Source of the DNA: Eledone cirrhosa
Lineage: Eukaryota
Direction: 5' to 3'
Assembly: GCA_964016885.1 (NCBI GenBank)
Contig: OZ024740.1
Coordinates: 57,164,001 to 57,228,000 of the forward strand
DNA length: 64,000 nt
Shown here: piece after piece, positions 58,103 through 64,000 of the stretch
Layout of the letters: each line of letters opens with the position of its first letter
How positions within the stretch are numbered: position 1 is the first letter of the stretch
The notes under the pieces: model-generated
Database searches by the model: none
What the model was told of the DNA's origin: nothing
What the model saw: the letters and a program-made list of their open reading frames with translations, nothing else
Position numbers and translations under genes: made by a program

Positions 58103-58262
58103 GAGTGGGTAATAGGAAAATGTTTAACCCCGACGACAGAAATAGCCGTCGAAACGGGTTGAGCTCTGCCATCGGGGTTAAACATTTTCCTATTACCCAC
58201 TCTACTACCCTAAGTATTGAGTACTCTAGTGCGTTATGGTCCGTCTGGTTCCTTACCACATG
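58103..58262 (+). mobile_element. PLE-type terminal module (family B) with a short 5' inversion
   Basis: 58103-58135 is the inverse of ~58171-58203; the forward part starts cagaaatagccgtcGAAA. Confidence 0.6.
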
Positions 58263-58329
58263 CTCCTTCAGAGCAGAGTATGATAAATTGGAAAACGAAG
58301 AATTAGGGATGCATCGGAACAATGTATTA

Positions 58330-58419
58330 CATATTACAATTGTTTCTCCGGCGACCAGCTCGAGGTGCGATCTGTTTGTGGATGAACCTGACTTTGGATT
58401 CGTAAGTTCCTCAGATACG
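58330..58419 (-). ncRNA. Hammerhead with ~61-nt extended stem II
   Basis: cgtat-CTGAGGA-..61 nt..-GAAA-caattg-TA-atatg. Confidence 0.7.
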
Positions 58420-58674
58420 TCTAGTGATTTCGAAGCAAATTCTCTTTCTGCTCTGCTCCGACCCTTCGAATCTTTATCATCTGCCTTCATCCTCTTTGCG
58501 CGGCCTTTTTATTGGTTGAAGTTCGTGATGTCATCATAGTTCTTGACCACTGAAATCTGCCCACTGGCCATCCCCATTCAGGCGTGAACTGTCACTCGAA
58601 TCGAATATTCATTTAATAGTTTGCTTGCAAACGAATCGAATTTTAATAATACATTTTATTATTCACTCACAATA

Positions 58675-59421
<747 letters not shown>

Positions 59422-59460
59422 TATATGAATACTCACATTCACATACACACACACAAACAC

Positions 59461-59587
<127 letters not shown>

Positions 59588-59607
59588 CATACATATATAT
59601 ATATATG

Positions 59608-59656
<49 letters not shown>

Positions 59657-59694
59657 ATATATGTGTGTGTGTGTGTGTATATACACACACACAT

Positions 59695-59804
<110 letters not shown>

Positions 59805-59813
59805 GTATATATA

Positions 59814-59869
<56 letters not shown>

Positions 59870-59923
59870 TATATATATACATAAATATATATATGTATAT
59901 ATATATGTGTATATATATATGTG

Positions 59924-59954
<31 letters not shown>

Positions 59955-61218
59955 GTATCTACCTTTCTATCTATCTATCTCAATATCCTAAACGGACGGT
60001 AGTCCGTTTAGTAATATTGTTGTGGTCGTGTTTTCGTTGGCAATCGTCTGTTTACGACAGTACAGCGCGGCTCTACTTTATTTAACTGAGATAAAACTTA
60101 TATGAGTATGAACAGTAGATCATTACGCATCTTTTGGCTTAAAAATCTAGAAATTTGGTCCAGCGGAAAAAATTTTATAATCAAAGTTTGCTGATAAATC
60201 TTGTGTTCAAATGAGTGAGTAGTAAGCGTGACGCTAGGGGAGGTAATTACGAGGTAATTACTAGGGGAGGTAATTACATGCAAATGGTGTAATTGCACCA
60301 TTTAGATTCAGTTGTTAATGCTCACCTACTAAATATTATCTAATATATTTCAAATTGTATTTTTAACTAAATTCATTTATCATAGTCTAATATTTTAAAA
60401 ATAGGTGAGTGCTCCACGATGATGACCCATGTCCCCGCCATGTGGAGGGGATGCTTAGGAGCCATCCAGATATCATGTGACCATTTTTGGTTTGCAGTGT
60501 CCACATGATATCTGGATGGCCCTTTATACTAATTAGTCATTTATCTGCATAAAAATTATACCAGATCATTCTGATTATTGGCTTGAAATCTTTTACAAAA
60601 TTAGTATGAGCAACTAAGAGGTCATCAATAGAAATAGAATTACTTTTTGAAGTTTTCATGCACAGCATTTTTTGAGATTTTAAATAAAACTTAATATCAT
60701 AATTCTTATTTTGTATACCCACATTGCAGATACAGAGAAACATGACAATCCTATATAAAGGTCGTAGACAGCAGTATCAGTTTCTATCCGTAACACCATT
60801 GAAATGCACAAGTTTCACCAATTCACTATTATGCACTAATCATCTCAAATGCATTCATGATTTACTAGCTTTGTCATTAAGCCAGTTGCCTCAACTAGAT
60901 TGCAATTATACTCAAAAGAACTTTAAAATGTCAATCACTTGTCAGTAATTCACTATGATCATTTAATTATTAGATAGTTGTTGCTTGCATTGCCTTAAAA
61001 AATAGTAGACCAGGTAGAAAAATGCGTACAGCAAAAAAAAGTAATATTGTTGGAATATAAACCTTTAAAAATACAGGACAAGAAACTAAAATAAAACTTT
61101 AAAAGAATAGGACAAGAAACTAAGATAAAACTTTAAAGAATTGGACAAGAAATAAAAAAATGATATAATAATATCACAGAAAAAAGAGAATCAGTGTTGC
61201 GACAAAAGCAATTTTATG

Positions 61219-61313
61219 GACATATTACAATTGTTTCTCGAGCAATGAGCTCGAAGCACGATCGATATGGTGATCAAACCTGACTCTGAAATCGCGCGGT
61301 CCTCGGATACGTC
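61219..61313 (-). ncRNA. Hammerhead with ~62-nt extended stem II, core CCGAGGA
   Basis: gacgtat-CCGAGGA-..62 nt..-GAAA-caattg-TA-atatgtc; 7-bp stem I. Confidence 0.7.
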
Positions 61314-61453
61314 TCGATTCTACGAAGCAGATTTTCCTATTCATACGGCCCACTGCATACGGACGCTTTAAGTATCCAACACCAATTATCTCTCTCTATA
61401 TATATATAAATATATATATATATCATATATATATACATATATACATATATTTG

Positions 61454-61520
<67 letters not shown>

Positions 61521-61523
61521 GTA

Positions 61524-62145
<622 letters not shown>

Positions 62146-62169
62146 ATATATATATATATATACATATAT

Positions 62170-62251
<82 letters not shown>

Positions 62252-62625
62252 CACTCACTCACTCTCTGCTTGTCCCCTTCTCACTTCCTCCCGTTTGGCC
62301 TGTGTGGGGTCCTTTCTCGCTCACACCTTACTTACGGTCTGTTGTCTCTCTCGCCCATGAAATTCACCCAGCTTAAGCTGAACGGATATCATGTGCTTGT
62401 TTCTTCCTATCTTTCCGTTGCTATACCTTATATGTTTGTTTACTTGTCTCGCTTTACGCGATATTACTTGTCCCAATAGCTTTATTTAGCTATTGCTCGC
62501 ACCAACTGGAGGTATATGATTTTTAAAGCGATGAAATACCAATGAAGGTTGGAAAATCACTGATGAAGGACTATTTTTTTCGTATGTAACCCATGTGCAA
62601 CCACGCAGCACTCAATTCTTCTCAT

Positions 62626-62683
<58 letters not shown>

Positions 62684-62690
<7 letters not shown>

Positions 62691-64000
62691 GAATATAAAA
62701 TGAAAGTGGTTTTATAAAGGAATTTATTAGGTATTGACATATGTTTCTGTAACAGACGGAATACCTATGTATCGCTGCTTGCGCAATCATATAATATTAG
62801 CACGTAATCGATAGCAAAATGTATAACCAGTTGTCACTTTTTCAGAGATATTGGATAAATTGGAAAAAATCGGAAAAATCAAAGTATTTATATTAGTTGT
62901 AAGAAAGGAAGAGGGGAGGGGAAAGTATATGACAGATGGCAATTCAATTTGCTGGTAAACAAGTGTATAGAAGGTTTTTAATGAGAATACAATGAGTATA
63001 TGGCTTATTTTATCTAAGTAAGAATTTTTGGGAGTGCCTATTTTAATTTATATTTGACCAGTTGAACAATGGACAGGGCTGGTGGTTTGGTGTAGTAGTG
63101 TAGTAGTATTAATACAGATATAAGGTGCCAAGTAAGGAAGAGAGATTTTCACTGCTACTGTATAACAACAATGCTGGTAGCCTGCTGGTATATGCTTTAG
63201 GGAATTGAATTGATAAATCTTATTTTATCTATAGCATTTTATATTAAATGATAAAGAATAGAAGTGTTGATAGAATTAAAACTAATAAAGAATGTTAATA
63301 TGTATTTTGACAATCAAACGGAGATAGAGACAGACATTCAATCCTGGTAGAGTTTGTAATATGAAAATGTAGATTTCAAGCGATGGTTACAATATAACGA
63401 TCGCTCTATTCTGTTATTTAATAAAATATTTTTGGATTTCATAATACAAAATATTTCCATATTACACAATCTACAAAATTTCTGTCCATGGAAATATGCA
63501 GGGGCATACACTATTATATCTCATTTTAGGTTAAATTGTTGGTTATTTTCGCGCAGCTGCCAAGCCTTGTCTGCGAGTGTTGTTACATAACGCTGGTTTT
63601 CATGTTTTATCGAGTAGCAATGTCTATAAAGGCGAAATTTGAAGGAGGTAGCTCTAGACCCCACATAGTACCACTTCTGGCTACCCGATTCGATAGTACA
63701 TTTGTATATGATATTGTGTTCAAGACACTGATTATTCAACGGACACATTCCTGGTTGGACACAGTTACAGTTATAATTATGCGCTGTGTAATACCATGGA
63801 TAGGTTGATGAGGTTGCTAAGGCAGGTCGGGATGTTGTTTGTTGTTTTGTGATGTTATAGCCGATGTTTTACGTGTATTGTTATGTGTTGGAAGGCATTT
63901 ATACAACCGTTTTGCGTTAAGCTTTTTTATATGTTGTGCAATATTAGGGGCGGTTGAATATGAAAGTCGAATAGTGTTAGGGTTTAAGATTTTATTATAT
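62684..64000 (-). mobile_element. Second, more degraded copy of the Nematis-like PLE (3' part; continues past the window end)
   Basis: CPLNNQCLEHNIIYKC..WYYVGS homologous to 56060-57369; HHR-like motif at ~62732-62850 with core CTGAAAA. Confidence 0.92.

Noticed and set aside
62556-62600. CTGATGA in the TA-flanked island 62230-62628
   Set aside because: No downstream GAAA, stem III or stem I partner; at most a truncated HHR.
63521-63523. In-frame TGA in the second Nematis-like copy
   Set aside because: It aligns with TGG (Trp) in the other copy, so it is an ordinary nonsense mutation.

Overview
AT-rich, repeat-saturated eukaryotic DNA with no recognisable host gene exon. The SINE families and dense (TA)n/(CA)n tracts suggest a coleoid cephalopod such as Octopus; this is inference. 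Identifiable contents: a near-complete Ty3/Gypsy LTR element (CsRn1-like, tRNA-Trp PBS), a near-complete CR1-type LINE, L1/Tx1 and RTE remnants, a mariner remnant, two hAT elements with 8-bp TSDs, non-autonomous Helitrons and tandem SINE arrays. Penelope-like elements (PLEs) of apparently three clades are also present, one nearly full length. The main signal is in the short islands between (TA)n tracts. About 20 type I hammerhead ribozyme (HHR) motifs from at least 10 sequence families can be read by eye, most with a short palindromic stem III. They include a 522-bp non-coding tandem HHR unit (retrozyme/circRNA-like) and a group sharing a conserved ~60-nt stem II extension. Many inversion or truncation breakpoints fall inside the ribozyme, one at the predicted cleavage site. 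Several HHR-less but structured (TA)n-embedded elements of 300-575 bp remain unexplained. Most ORFs in the supplied track are microsatellite artefacts. Coordinates were counted by hand and may be off by a few bases; all folds are by eye.
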